Assembly (NCBI GenBank): GCA_963730185.1
Contig: CAVSQW010000006.1
Span: forward strand, 160,001-224,000
Length of the DNA stretch: 64,000 nucleotides
Source: an uncultured Gemmatimonadales bacterium
GTDB lineage: Bacteria; Gemmatimonadota; Gemmatimonadetes; Gemmatimonadales; GWC2-71-9
Direction of reading: 5' to 3'
The notes below the pieces were generated by a model. The model was not told the DNA's origin, made no database searches, and was given only the letters and a program-made list of their open reading frames with translations. Shown here piece by piece: positions 40,713-50,215 of this stretch. Made by a program: the position numbers and the translations under genes. How positions within the stretch are numbered: position 1 is the first letter of the stretch; each line of letters starts with the position of its first letter.

Positions 40713-41372
40713 ATGAAGAGTAGCCGTCTTGGCGCATGGATACTGGCGAATTTCTTGGCGTTCGGTGTCGCCACGGTCGCCACCTTGCAGGTGGCGATGT
40801 TTGTCGAGTACGGGTTCGACTTTGACAAGCACTGGGCCTTTCTCCCGCCAGACCAGAGCGTTGGGGCCTATGCCGCGAGAGTCGTTGGCCCGCTCGTGGG
40901 TGGGCTGATACTCGGCTCCGCTCAGGCTTTTGTTCTGCGACCCAGCTTGCGACGGGTGGCGTCTTGGATTCTCGCGACGGCCGCAGGGTTCGGCGTGGTG
41001 GGCCTGATGATCTGGCCGCTCATGGCCACGAACATATGGGGACGGATTCCGGGTCCCGTGGAACCCATCATCGGCACGGTGGGCAGTTGTAGCATTGCCG
41101 GCGTGTTTCAGCACCTGATGCTTCGGCGTCGCCGGAGGACCTCGTCGAAGTGGTTGTTGCTTTGGATTGTCGGATTGGTCGCGAGCCTGGTTCCGACCGC
41201 GTTGACGTTCTTCTTGCTCGAAGGTCCTCTCGGTCTATCTTTGGCGATGCCGGTTCAGGTCTTCCTCAGTGGCTTCATGGTGGCGGGCGTGGCAGCCGCA
41301 ATCAGCGGGAAAGCTCTGTTCAATGCCTTGGGGGCTCCGCTTGTCGCCGCCGATGCCCAGTCGACCGTCTAA
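40713..41372 (+). CDS. Cassette 14: multi-pass membrane protein
   Basis: RBS ggagg; WILAN, GSAQAFVLR..WILAT; about six TM helices. Confidence 0.78.
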   Translation: MKSSRLGAWILANFLAFGVATVATLQVAMFVEYGFDFDKHWAFLPPDQSVGAYAARVVGPLVGGLILGSAQAFVLRPSLRRVASWILATAAGFGVVGLMIWPLMATNIWGRIPGPVEPIIGTVGSCSIAGVFQHLMLRRRRRTSSKWLLLWIVGLVASLVPTALTFFLLEGPLGLSLAMPVQVFLSGFMVAGVAAAISGKALFNALGAPLVAADAQSTV

Positions 41373-41426
41373 CCACAGCATGCAGCGGACGGCGCTTCGC
41401 GCCGCCGCTGATGCTAGGCGCTAGGC
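41367..41426 (+). repeat. attC 14 (60-bp, 59-base-element-like)
   Basis: R'' GTCTAAC (complements GTTAGAC); agcatgcagcggacggcgc-ttc-gcgccgccgctgatgct; R' variant GCTAGGC. Confidence 0.88.
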
Positions 41427-41566
41427 GGCGCTCCGAAGGAACTGGACGTCTGCTGCGTAGTCGTGCTGTGGAGTGAGTCGCACGGTGAAGGGCGCATGAG
41501 TGACCGAAGATCGTTCGGCAGTGCGGGCGTCACTCAGACGTTCGCGGTCCCTCTCGAAGGTACTCA

Positions 41567-41989
41567 ATGTTCAAAGGCGCACTCAGGCTCGCCGCCTGGC
41601 CCGTGCTCATTTCTCTCTTCATCACGCCGGTTCGCGTCTTCCTCGAACTGGCCGGCGTGCCAACGGTGTTCGTCTTTCCGCTCGGCTTGCTCTGGCTGGC
41701 CTTGGGGTTCGCGGTCTTCCTCGGCACGAGACTGGGCAAGGAAGAACACCCATATCTGCTCCTGCTTCTGAGCCTCTTCATCTTCTCCCCACCCTCTCGG
41801 TTCTCCGTTTTCGTGATGTGGTGGATCGATACGACGTGGGAGCTCGGCACTCATTACAACATCTTCGACAGCTGGGGGCGGGCCCTGTTCTCCCAACTCT
41901 TCTGGGGCTCCGTCATCCAGGTAATCCCCGGCTTCTTGATCGGGTCAGTGGTCCTCCGCATCAAGAGGGCCCGGGCGAGCGCCGCCTGA
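41567..41989 (+). CDS. Cassette 15: membrane protein (no downstream attC seen)
   Basis: Four hydrophobic segments; followed directly by the integrase remnant. Confidence 0.7.
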   Translation: MFKGALRLAAWPVLISLFITPVRVFLELAGVPTVFVFPLGLLWLALGFAVFLGTRLGKEEHPYLLLLLSLFIFSPPSRFSVFVMWWIDTTWELGTHYNIFDSWGRALFSQLFWGSVIQVIPGFLIGSVVLRIKRARASAA

Positions 41990-42305
41990 CAGGGCTTATA
42001 GCGAAGGCGGTCGCGGAACTTCGCGCGGCCAGGCAGGAAGCACCCGGGATCGGAGCTGCCTGGCTCTTCCCGGCTCCCAAGGACACGGCGCGACCGATCG
42101 ACCGGTTCCTGGTGCGGGAGTGGTGGAAGCGCCTGGAAGGCGCGGCAGGGCTCGCTCGGATTCCCGGGCGGGGTTGCATGCCCTGAGGCGGCAGTTCGCC
42201 TCAGAGCTCAAGCACGCGCCATCCAGGAGCCTCTGCGAGCTGGGCGGCTGGAGTCGCTGCACACGATCGTCAAATGCTACCAGCGGGCCGACGAGGACAC
42301 CTAGG
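41990..42305 (+). pseudogene. Phage-type tyrosine integrase C-terminal remnant
   Basis: WLFPAPKD..WWKRLEGAAGL, then LHALRRQFASELK..LCELGGW, then TIVKCYQRADED, across frames. Confidence 0.8.
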
Positions 42306-42314
42306 AAGGAACCA

Positions 42315-42387
42315 CTGGGGCGGCAGGCCTCGAACCTGCAACCTCCCGGTTAACAGCCGGGCGCTCTGCCAATTGAGCTACACCCCA
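42315..42387 (-). tRNA. tRNA-Asn(GTT)
   Basis: TGGGGTG-TA-GCTC-AATTGGCA-GAGC-G-CCCGG-CTGTTAA-CCGGG-AGGTT-GCAGG-TTCGAGG-CCTGC-CGCCCCA-G; CCA not encoded. Confidence 0.96.
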
Positions 42388-42542
42388 TCGCCCGAACGGT
42401 CGCCCGGCGCCCAGCAGAATAGAAAGCCGCCCCCAAACCGTCAACGTCCTCGAGCGCCACGGCGCGGTCAGGATCGGTTGCTGCTCCTTCCCCACCCTTG
42501 ACGATCTTCTCACCTGGCCGATTCCTCGCCGGACGAACCCGG

Positions 42543-43223
42543 TCAGCCGGGCTGGTCCGAGCCGGGCGGCTCCACCAGAATCTTGGCTGCGGCCGCCGCG
42601 CCGAGGGCAACCTCTCGGCCGTCCCCCACCTGGATCCGAACGGCTTCGGCCGGAGCGTCGCGATCCAGAACCACGACCTCCGCGCCGGGCACCAAGCCGT
42701 GGCACTCCGCGAACCGGAGGAACGATGGAGTCTGATCCAGGATCCGGATCAGCCGCTCCGGCCGGCCCGGCGGACAGTCCGCGAGGCTCATCCGCGCCGG
42801 CTCCTCCAGGTGTCCCTTCGAGCTGGGAATCGGATCGCCGTGAGGGTCGACCGCCGGGTACCCGAGCAGGGCGTCCATCCGTTCGAGGACCCGGTCAGAG
42901 ATTGCGTGCTCCAGCCGGTCGGCCTCCTCGTGCACCTCGGACCAGTCCAGCCCCAGCGCCTTCACGAGGAATAGCTCCACCAGCCGGTGGCGGCGAAGGA
43001 CGTGAAGCGCCAACTGCTCACCCCGGGCGGTCAACCGCGCCCCCTGTCTGGACTCGTACTCCACCAACCCCGAGTCGGCCAGTGCCTTGACCATCGAGGT
43101 CGCCGTGCCGGGCACCACCCCCATCCTCGCAGCCAGTTGACCGGTGGGCATCATGGCACCGTCACTCGCCGACTGAGCGAGATAGAGCTGCTTGAGATAG
43201 TCCTCGACCGTGCTGCTCGGCAC
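42543..43223 (-). CDS. mntR: DtxR/MntR-family Mn-dependent regulator with FeoA domain
   Basis: TVEDYLKQLY, RRHRLVELFL, VHEEADRLEH, DPHGDPIP. Confidence 0.9.
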   Translation of the reverse strand: MPSSTVEDYLKQLYLAQSASDGAMMPTGQLAARMGVVPGTATSMVKALADSGLVEYESRQGARLTARGEQLALHVLRRHRLVELFLVKALGLDWSEVHEEADRLEHAISDRVLERMDALLGYPAVDPHGDPIPSSKGHLEEPARMSLADCPPGRPERLIRILDQTPSFLRFAECHGLVPGAEVVVLDRDAPAEAVRIQVGDGREVALGAAAAAKILVEPPGSDQPG

Positions 43224-43269
43224 GAGACCCCTCCGTTCAAGTGCTCGACACTACCGATCCGAGCGAGAC

Positions 43270-43317
43270 TTGACAACAATTTGAAATATAGCGAAAATGA
43301 TTTTGACTACTCAAAAT
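43270..43317 (+). promoter_or_regulatory. Promoter (TTGACA-N17-GAAAAT) with palindromic operator ATTTTGA-CTAC-TCAAAAT
   Basis: -35 at 43270, palindrome at 43300-43317, between divergent mntR and the uptake operon. Confidence 0.72.
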
Positions 43318-44134
43318 GGCACAAATGCCTACCCTCGCCCTCCTCCTCGGAACGACCTGGCTCGCGACGGCCCCACAGCCCCCCGATCGCCCCTGCCCTG
43401 GGGGCGGCGCTCGGCCATTGCACGCCGATCGACCGGATGTGACGGAGAGCCCATACACCGTCCCCTCCGGGCGGTGGCAGGTCGAGGTGAGCTTCGTCGA
43501 ATACACGCGTGACGAGGTGGGCAAGGCTCGCTCGACCACCACCTCGGTCCTTCCGGGCGCCATCAAGGTTGGGGTGTCGTGCCGGGCAGACGTTCAGCTC
43601 ATGGTCACCCCCTTCCTGGACCTCCGCCGGGGCGGCTCGCCGGATTCTCGCACGACCGGTCCAGGCGACTTGGTAGGGCGATTCAAGCTCAACTTGGCGG
43701 GGAACGATGACGGGCAGATCGCTTTCGGTGTCATGCCCTTCGTGCGGATTCCCTTGGCGAGGCAAGGGTTGGGGGCCGGCCGCCTGGAGGGCGGCCTGAT
43801 CGTTCCGCTCGCAGCCGGGCTACCCCAGGGGTTCGACCTCGGTGCCATGGTCGAGCTTGATCTCCGGGGATCGGCGTCCGGCACCGGGTATGGGGTCGAG
43901 GCCGTGCATTCGATCACCCTCGGGCACTCATTGGCCGGCGAGCGACTCGGGTCATACCTCGAGTACGCCGGGTCGGCCCCGGTGGGGACTGGTGGCGGGT
44001 ACGAGGCCTACCTCGACGGCGGCTTGACGTTGGCCACGTCCTCCAATCGCCAGCTCGATGCCGGGCTCCGCCTCGGCTTGTCGCCGGCGGCGGACGGGTT
44101 CACCGCCTTCGTCGGCTTCACATTCCGCCGCTGA
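43316..44134 (+). CDS. Outer-membrane beta-barrel transporter (MetA-pathway-like)
   Basis: Signal peptide, DRPDVTESPYTVPSGRWQVE, GPGDL, QLDAG, terminal aromatic strand. Confidence 0.8.
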   Translation: MAQMPTLALLLGTTWLATAPQPPDRPCPGGGARPLHADRPDVTESPYTVPSGRWQVEVSFVEYTRDEVGKARSTTTSVLPGAIKVGVSCRADVQLMVTPFLDLRRGGSPDSRTTGPGDLVGRFKLNLAGNDDGQIAFGVMPFVRIPLARQGLGAGRLEGGLIVPLAAGLPQGFDLGAMVELDLRGSASGTGYGVEAVHSITLGHSLAGERLGSYLEYAGSAPVGTGGGYEAYLDGGLTLATSSNRQLDAGLRLGLSPAADGFTAFVGFTFRR

Positions 44135-45509
44135 TGTCCGGGCCCGTCTCTCTCGAAGGCATGCACCGCACTGTCGCGGTGCCGGAGCACAGCGGGGCCG
44201 GCTTCTGGCGCCACTGGCGGGCCTACGTCGGGGCCGGCGCTCCTGGTCAGCGTCGGCTACATGGATCCCGGCAACTGGGGGACTGATCTGCAAGGCGGCG
44301 CGCAGTTCAAGTACGGCCTGCTCTGGGTAGTGGCCTCGGCAAGCCTGATGGCGATCTTTCTGCAGGTCCTGTCGGCCCGGCTGGGGGTCGTGACCGGCAA
44401 GGACCTGGCGCAGGCCTGCCGGGATTGGTATCCGCGCTGGACCCGATGGCCAAACTGGCTGTTGTGCGAGGTGGCGATCGGCGCGTGCGACCTGGCCGAG
44501 GTGCTCGGCAGCGCCGTGGCGCTCAACCTGCTGTTTCACATCCCGCTCTTCTGGGCGGTGATGATCACCGCGGCTCGACGTGCTTCGTGTTGTTGGCGTT
44601 GCAGCGATTCGGGATGCGCACGATCGAGGCGGTCATCGTCCTGCTGGTGGCGACGATCGGGGTCTGCTATTTCATCGAGATTTTCGTGCTGCCCCAGACC
44701 ACGCCGAGCTTCGCGGAGATGGGGCGGGCGCTGCTCAGCCCCGGACTCCGCCAGGTGGGCATGGTCTACGTGGCGATCGGGATCATCGGCGCGACGGTCA
44801 TGCCGCACAACCTGTATCTGCACTCCGCGCTGGTGCAAAGCCGTCGGAGTTCCCGAGGATCGACCACGGCGATGCGACGGCCATCCGAGTTCAACACGAT
44901 CGACTCGACCGTCGCGCTGACGTTGGCGTTCTTCGTCAACGCGGCGATCCTGGTACTGGCGGCGCTCGTGTTCTACGGCACGGACAGCGGTCACCGTCGC
45001 CGGCGGCGAGGTGGTGCATTTCGGCGGCGAGACAGCGACTGGATCCGGGTCGCCTACCTGACGCTGGCGCCGTTGCTGGGCACCGCGGCCGCGAGCACCT
45101 GTTCGCGGTGGCGCTGCTGGCCAGCGGCCAGAGCAGCACCATCACCGGCACCCTCGCCGGTCAGGTGGTGATGGAAGGCTTCATGCACTGGCGGATCTCG
45201 CCGTGGCTGCGCCGGCTGATCACCCGTCTGCTCGCGATCCTGCCGGCGGTGTTCGTCATCGGGATCCGCGGCGACGGCAGCGTGAACGACCTCCTGACCC
45301 TGAGCCAGGTCGTGCTGGCGCTGCAGCTGCCCTTTGCGATGTTCCCGCTCCTGCATTTCACCAGCTCTCGCCGCCGCATGGGGCCGTGGCGGAGCGGCGC
45401 CTTCCTCCTGCTCACCGGATGGGCGAGCGCGCTCCTCATTACCGCGATGGACCTGTACGGCCTAGGGGACTCGGCCCGGGCGGCGTGGCACATGGTCGCG
45501 GGACGATAG
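44134..45509 (+). pseudogene. mntH: Nramp/MntH divalent metal transporter (several frameshifts)
   Basis: [40 protein letters not shown] spread over several frames. Confidence 0.9.
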
Positions 45510-45743
45510 GAAGGCCCGGGCTCTTGGCCTGGCGGTTCGCGGGCCGGCGCAACATACTCAGTCACTCCTTCGCCGCGGCCTCGTTCCAAGGAGCAACCGC
45601 GCGCGGCTTCCGATGCTTCATGCCCGGCCTTGGGCCAGGAGACTCGTGCGCCCGGTGACCCACGCCCCGCCTCAGATTCTCGACCCCTACCCTCTCGCTC
45701 GCAACCGCGCCTGCGGGAGCTCGATGAACGCTGGGAAGGCCCG

Positions 45744-47990
45744 ATGAGCATGGAAGTCCGGCTGAGCCGCGAGATGCGGCTCATCGACATCACCATGATC
45801 GGCGTCGGCGCGATGATCGGCGCCGGGATCTTCGTGCTGACCGGCATCGCCGCCGGGGTGGCCGGCCCCGGGCTGCTGGTGGTCTTCCTCCTGAACGCGG
45901 TGGTCGCCTCGCTCACCGCCATGGCCTACGCCGAGCTGGGGAGCGCGTTCCACGACGCCGGCGGCGGGTATCTCTGGGTCAAGAATGCCCTCCCGGACCC
46001 GAACGGGTTCCTGAGCGGCTGGATGTCGTGGTTCGCCCACGCGGTGGCCTGCTCACTCTACGCCCTGGGCTTCGGCGGCTACCTCCGGCTGGTGCTGGAG
46101 ACGGCCGGCGCGCCGTCGTTCGATCTCGGGTTCATGACCCTGGAGAAGTGGCTCGCGGTCCTGGCCTGCACCCTCTTCGCCTACATCAACTACCGGGGCG
46201 CCTCGGAGGCCGGCAAGGCCGGCAACGTGGTGACCGTCGCCAAGGTCGTGATCATCCTGGCCTTCGTCGGGGTCGGGATCTGGGTGATGGCCGGCCGGCC
46301 GGAGTGGCGGGTGTCGTTCCAGCCGCTCTTGAGCAAGGGCTGGGGTGGCGTGTTCGCCGCGATGGGCCTGACCTTCATCGCCTTCGAGGGCTACGAGATC
46401 ATCGCCCAGACCAGCGAGGAGGTGGAGAATCCGAAGAAGAACGTGCCCCGGGCCACGTTCCTCTCGCTGGCGATCGTGGTGCCCATCTACCTCCTGGTGG
46501 CCTTCGTGGCGGTGGGCGCCACCACCCCGCCGGCGGGAATGTCGGTGACCGACTATCTCGGCCGGGAGAAGGAGACGGCCCTGGTCACCGCCGCCAACCA
46601 GTTCATCGCCGGCGGCGGGGTGGTGATCCTGATCGGCGGCCTCCTCTCGACCCTCTCGGCGCTCAACGCGACGATCTACTCGTCGTCCCGGGTCGCATTC
46701 GCGATGGCCCGGGACGCGAACCTGCCCCCGATCCTGGGCAAGGTGCACGAGAAGCAGGCCACGCCCCATTGGGCCATCCTGGCCTCGACCGTGCTGATCG
46801 TGATCATGGCGATCGCGCTCCCGATCGAGGATGTGGCGGCCGCGGCCGACATCATGTTCCTGCTGCTGTTCGTGCAGGTGAACATGGCCGTGATCCGGCT
46901 CCGGAAGCTCCGACCCGATCTGGACCGGGGCTTCAAGATCCCGTTCATGCCGATCATCCCGCTGCTGGCGATCGGCTCGATGCTGTTCCTCGCCGTCTTC
47001 CTCTTCACCGAGTACCCGCTCTCCTGGGCCGCGGCGGGCGGGTGGATCGCGGTGGGGGTCGGGGTGTACTACGGCTACGCCCGGTCGCGGGAGGCGGCCC
47101 AGGTGGAGCGGACCGAGTGGATGGAGCGGATCGAGCGGAAGGAGTACCGGGTCCTGGTGGCGGTCTCGAATCCGGAGACCCTGGAGACCCTGCTCGAGAT
47201 CGGGATTGCCGTGGCTCGCCGGCACGAGGGCGAGCTGGTGCTGCTCTCGGTGGCCGAAGTCCCCGACGGCGAGACCCTCATGGCCGGCCGCTCGGCGACC
47301 CGGCGGCTGGAGCCGCTGCTGGCCCGGGCGGTGTCGTACGCCAACGAGCGCGGGGTCTCGAGCTACTCGGTCATCAAGATTGCCCGGCGGGCCAGCCACG
47401 GGATCGTGGAGACGGCCCGCGAGGAGGAGTGCAATTTCCTGGTGATCGGCCAGCCGGTCCGCCTGTCGGTGTTCGAGCGGCTGGTGAGCACCGTCGTGGA
47501 ACGGGTGCTCGAGACCGCGCCCTGCCAGGTCGCGATCGTCTACGGACACCTCCCGGCGGAGGGGATCACCGGGATCGTGGTGCCCACCACCAAGGGCCCC
47601 AACACCAAGCTCGCGGTCGAGCTGGTTCCGGCGTTCAAGATGGGCGACGGGATCCCGACCCGAGCGGTGACGGTGGTCGGGATCGACGATTCGAAGACGA
47701 CGGCCGAGAAGCTGGTGAGCGACGCCAAGGAGACCCTCGACGCCGCGGGCTTCGGCGGCGAGTTCACCGTGCTCCGGCACCCCGAGATCGTCGAGGCCCT
47801 GTCCCACGCGGTGGCCCCGGGCGAGCTGGTGGTGATGGGCGCTCCGGCCAGCGCCCCGGTCGCCGCGATCTTCGGGGAGACCATCCCCGCGGCGCTGGCC
47901 CGCCGGGGGCCGCACCCGGTGGTGGTGGTGCGCGACGTGGAACCACAGCAGGCGCGCCGGTTCGAGCGTCTGTTCTTCCGGGAGGAATAG
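45744..47990 (+). CDS. APC amino-acid permease with C-terminal USP domains
   Basis: GAMIGAGIF, AGGGY, FIAFEGYE, SSRVAFAMARD, then VLVAVSNP USP-like region. Confidence 0.9.
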   Translation: MSMEVRLSREMRLIDITMIGVGAMIGAGIFVLTGIAAGVAGPGLLVVFLLNAVVASLTAMAYAELGSAFHDAGGGYLWVKNALPDPNGFLSGWMSWFAHAVACSLYALGFGGYLRLVLETAGAPSFDLGFMTLEKWLAVLACTLFAYINYRGASEAGKAGNVVTVAKVVIILAFVGVGIWVMAGRPEWRVSFQPLLSKGWGGVFAAMGLTFIAFEGYEIIAQTSEEVENPKKNVPRATFLSLAIVVPIYLLVAFVAVGATTPPAGMSVTDYLGREKETALVTAANQFIAGGGVVILIGGLLSTLSALNATIYSSSRVAFAMARDANLPPILGKVHEKQATPHWAILASTVLIVIMAIALPIEDVAAAADIMFLLLFVQVNMAVIRLRKLRPDLDRGFKIPFMPIIPLLAIGSMLFLAVFLFTEYPLSWAAAGGWIAVGVGVYYGYARSREAAQVERTEWMERIERKEYRVLVAVSNPETLETLLEIGIAVARRHEGELVLLSVAEVPDGETLMAGRSATRRLEPLLARAVSYANERGVSSYSVIKIARRASHGIVETAREEECNFLVIGQPVRLSVFERLVSTVVERVLETAPCQVAIVYGHLPAEGITGIVVPTTKGPNTKLAVELVPAFKMGDGIPTRAVTVVGIDDSKTTAEKLVSDAKETLDAAGFGGEFTVLRHPEIVEALSHAVAPGELVVMGAPASAPVAAIFGETIPAALARRGPHPVVVVRDVEPQQARRFERLFFREE

Positions 47991-47993
47991 CCC

Positions 47994-48656
47994 ATGCAGC
48001 AGACACCGAGCGGCCCGCTGGCCGAGTTCGCCAGCCGCTTCTCCACCTACCTGCCGACCCTCTTCGCCGGCCTGGTGGTGCTGGCGCTGGGGATCGGGGT
48101 GGCCTGGGTGGCCAAGCGGGTGGTGGTCCGGGTCTTCATCTGGCTCCGCCTGGACCGGCTGGGCGGCCGGGTCGGCTGGCGGGCCGCGTTCGGCAAGGGC
48201 GACGTCCGGGCCGCGCTCTACGACCTGGTCGGCAACCTGGTGATGGCCACGCTGATCCTGCTGTTCCTGGACAACGCCCTTCAGATCTGGGGCCTGCTGG
48301 TCCTGTCCCGACTGATCGACCAGCTGGTGTTCTATCTCCCGAACGCCGGCCTCGTCGCCCTGATCGGGGTGGTGGGCTTCCTGGTCTCCAACCTGGTGGG
48401 CGAACGGGTTCGGCAGGCGCTCGAGGAGGAGGGGCTCAAGCAAGCCCGGCTCCTGGCTCGGCTGGTCAAAGGCGTGCTCCAGGGAGTGGTGGGCGCCCTG
48501 GCGCTCTGGCAGCTCGGCTTTGCCCGGGAGATCGTGCTGGCCGGGTTCCTGATCACCTTCGGGGCGATCGGCGTGGCCTTCGCGGTGGCGGTGGGGATCG
48601 GCTCGGCCCGGGCCATCCAGCACGGGTGGCAGGCGATGTTCGAGGCCAAGAAGTAG
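47994..48656 (+). CDS. CmpX-like / mechanosensitive-channel TM-helix protein
   Basis: YLPTLFAGL...YLPN...AFAVAVGIG repeat pattern. Confidence 0.72.
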   Translation: MQQTPSGPLAEFASRFSTYLPTLFAGLVVLALGIGVAWVAKRVVVRVFIWLRLDRLGGRVGWRAAFGKGDVRAALYDLVGNLVMATLILLFLDNALQIWGLLVLSRLIDQLVFYLPNAGLVALIGVVGFLVSNLVGERVRQALEEEGLKQARLLARLVKGVLQGVVGALALWQLGFAREIVLAGFLITFGAIGVAFAVAVGIGSARAIQHGWQAMFEAKK

Positions 48657-48661
48657 CCGGG

Positions 48662-50002
48662 TTAGCTCCGGATCAGGCCGACGAACCAGCGCACCAGGTC
48701 GGCGTTGTCGACGATCGACCAGGTATGGGGCGACGCGCCCGCGTCGTAGCCCTCCCGGGCCCGGCTGGTGGTGATCAGCTCGGCCGTGGTGCTCCCGTCG
48801 AGATCCAGCTCGTTGACCAGAGCCGCCAGATCGATCGAGTTCATCTGGTAGTACGACTTCCCGCGGTGATGGATCCACCAGTCCACGTCGGGCTCGTGGT
48901 AGGCGCGGAGCGGGAGGCCCTTGAGCACGGCCGCGTTCCCGCCGCCCGGCTCGCCGAACAGGTAGGGCGAGTAGGCCACGTACCGGTCCCGCGCCTCGGC
49001 CGGCGTCCCCCCCAGGTTGGCCTCCAATAAATAAGAGACCCACCGCCCCTCGTCGGTGGCCGAGGGATGGAAGCCGTCGCCGGCCGCCTTCACCTCGGCG
49101 TTCCACATCCGGATCATGTCCAGCGGGGCATCGACCACTGCGGCAGCCGCCAAGCGAAGCGGCGAGCGGCGGTGCCGGCGGACCTCGACCGCCGCCCGGA
49201 GCGCGCGGGTCCCCCCCAGCGAGAGGCCGGCGAAGAGGAGCGGCCGGTCCGCGAGCCCCTGCTCGGCCAGGGCCTCCTCGACCCGCTTGACGATACCCGC
49301 CGCGTCGTCGTCGGTGAACAGGAAGTCGACCGGGTTGCCGGTGGTGAGGTGGAGGAGCCCCACCCCGGCGCGGATCGCCTCGTCCTCGAACGAGCCGACG
49401 GCGGGCGGAAGCGAGTCGACCTTGACCCGCCAGCCGTCGAAGAACACGGCCATTCCGATCGGGTCACGATCGGCCGGCAGCACCATGGTGTAGCCCCGGT
49501 CGGTCATCGCCACCCGATTGTCGGGGGCCGGGCCGATCCGGATCGAGCCGCTCATCGGCGCGTAGCGCTCGATCACCCGGGGCGGCGTCCAGCCCGCGAC
49601 CACCCGGCGAAAGGCTTCCCACCCCTGGTTGGCGCCGTCCTTCGCCCACCAGCGACCCTCGATCCGGTCCCGATCCAGGATCCGGTAGTCGCCCCCGCCC
49701 GAGGTGCTGGTCGACCTGAACCGGAGGGTGAGGCGGTCCTTCCCCACCGGCTGGAGCGAGCCCCGGAAGCGATCCCGGCCGATCGTCCCCTGGATCCGGA
49801 GCGGCTCGCCCGGCCCGGCGGAATCGTCGATGGAGACCAGCCCGACGTAGGGAGCGCCGTCCTTCTCCATCCCGGCGACCCGGTACTGGCCGATCACCGA
49901 CCGCTCGGCCGGCGGGCCACCGGCCGGGGCGGAATGGCAACCCGCGACGAGGGCCGCGAGGACGAGCGGAGAGAGGCGATTGGCCTGGTGCAACGGCATC
50001 AT
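48662..50002 (-). CDS. Putative lipoprotein with alpha/beta-hydrolase domain
   Basis: Lipobox LVAGC, GLSLGG, PHTWS. Confidence 0.7.
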   Translation of the reverse strand: MMPLHQANRLSPLVLAALVAGCHSAPAGGPPAERSVIGQYRVAGMEKDGAPYVGLVSIDDSAGPGEPLRIQGTIGRDRFRGSLQPVGKDRLTLRFRSTSTSGGGDYRILDRDRIEGRWWAKDGANQGWEAFRRVVAGWTPPRVIERYAPMSGSIRIGPAPDNRVAMTDRGYTMVLPADRDPIGMAVFFDGWRVKVDSLPPAVGSFEDEAIRAGVGLLHLTTGNPVDFLFTDDDAAGIVKRVEEALAEQGLADRPLLFAGLSLGGTRALRAAVEVRRHRRSPLRLAAAAVVDAPLDMIRMWNAEVKAAGDGFHPSATDEGRWVSYLLEANLGGTPAEARDRYVAYSPYLFGEPGGGNAAVLKGLPLRAYHEPDVDWWIHHRGKSYYQMNSIDLAALVNELDLDGSTTAELITTSRAREGYDAGASPHTWSIVDNADLVRWFVGLIRS

Positions 50003-50215
50003 CGGTCGTAAGGTCACCCGCGAATGGCGTGCGAAGGTCCTCAATTCCCTACGGTCGCGCCGGAGCCGGGTTTCCCGTCCCGTGGCCACGCCGCCGCGGT
50101 CCGCTCGCCCCCCGATCGGGCCACTCGCCCTGCCCTGGTTCCGCTTACGCCCGACGGCGAATCCCCCCGGCGACCGCGGTCGTCGGGAGCGCTGACTCCA
50201 CTCCCGAGCCAGTTC

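Larger units (their letters stand above)
23949..42387. mobile_element. tRNA-Asn-anchored genomic island containing an integron
   Basis: Direct repeat of the tRNA 3' half at both ends, tyrosine-integrase remnant beside the tRNA, visibly lower GC, cassette array and IS elements inside. Confidence 0.8.

Noticed and set aside
26050..41426. CRISPR array
   Set aside because: Repeats are long imperfect hairpins with R boxes separated by genes, i.e. attC sites; no cas genes seen.
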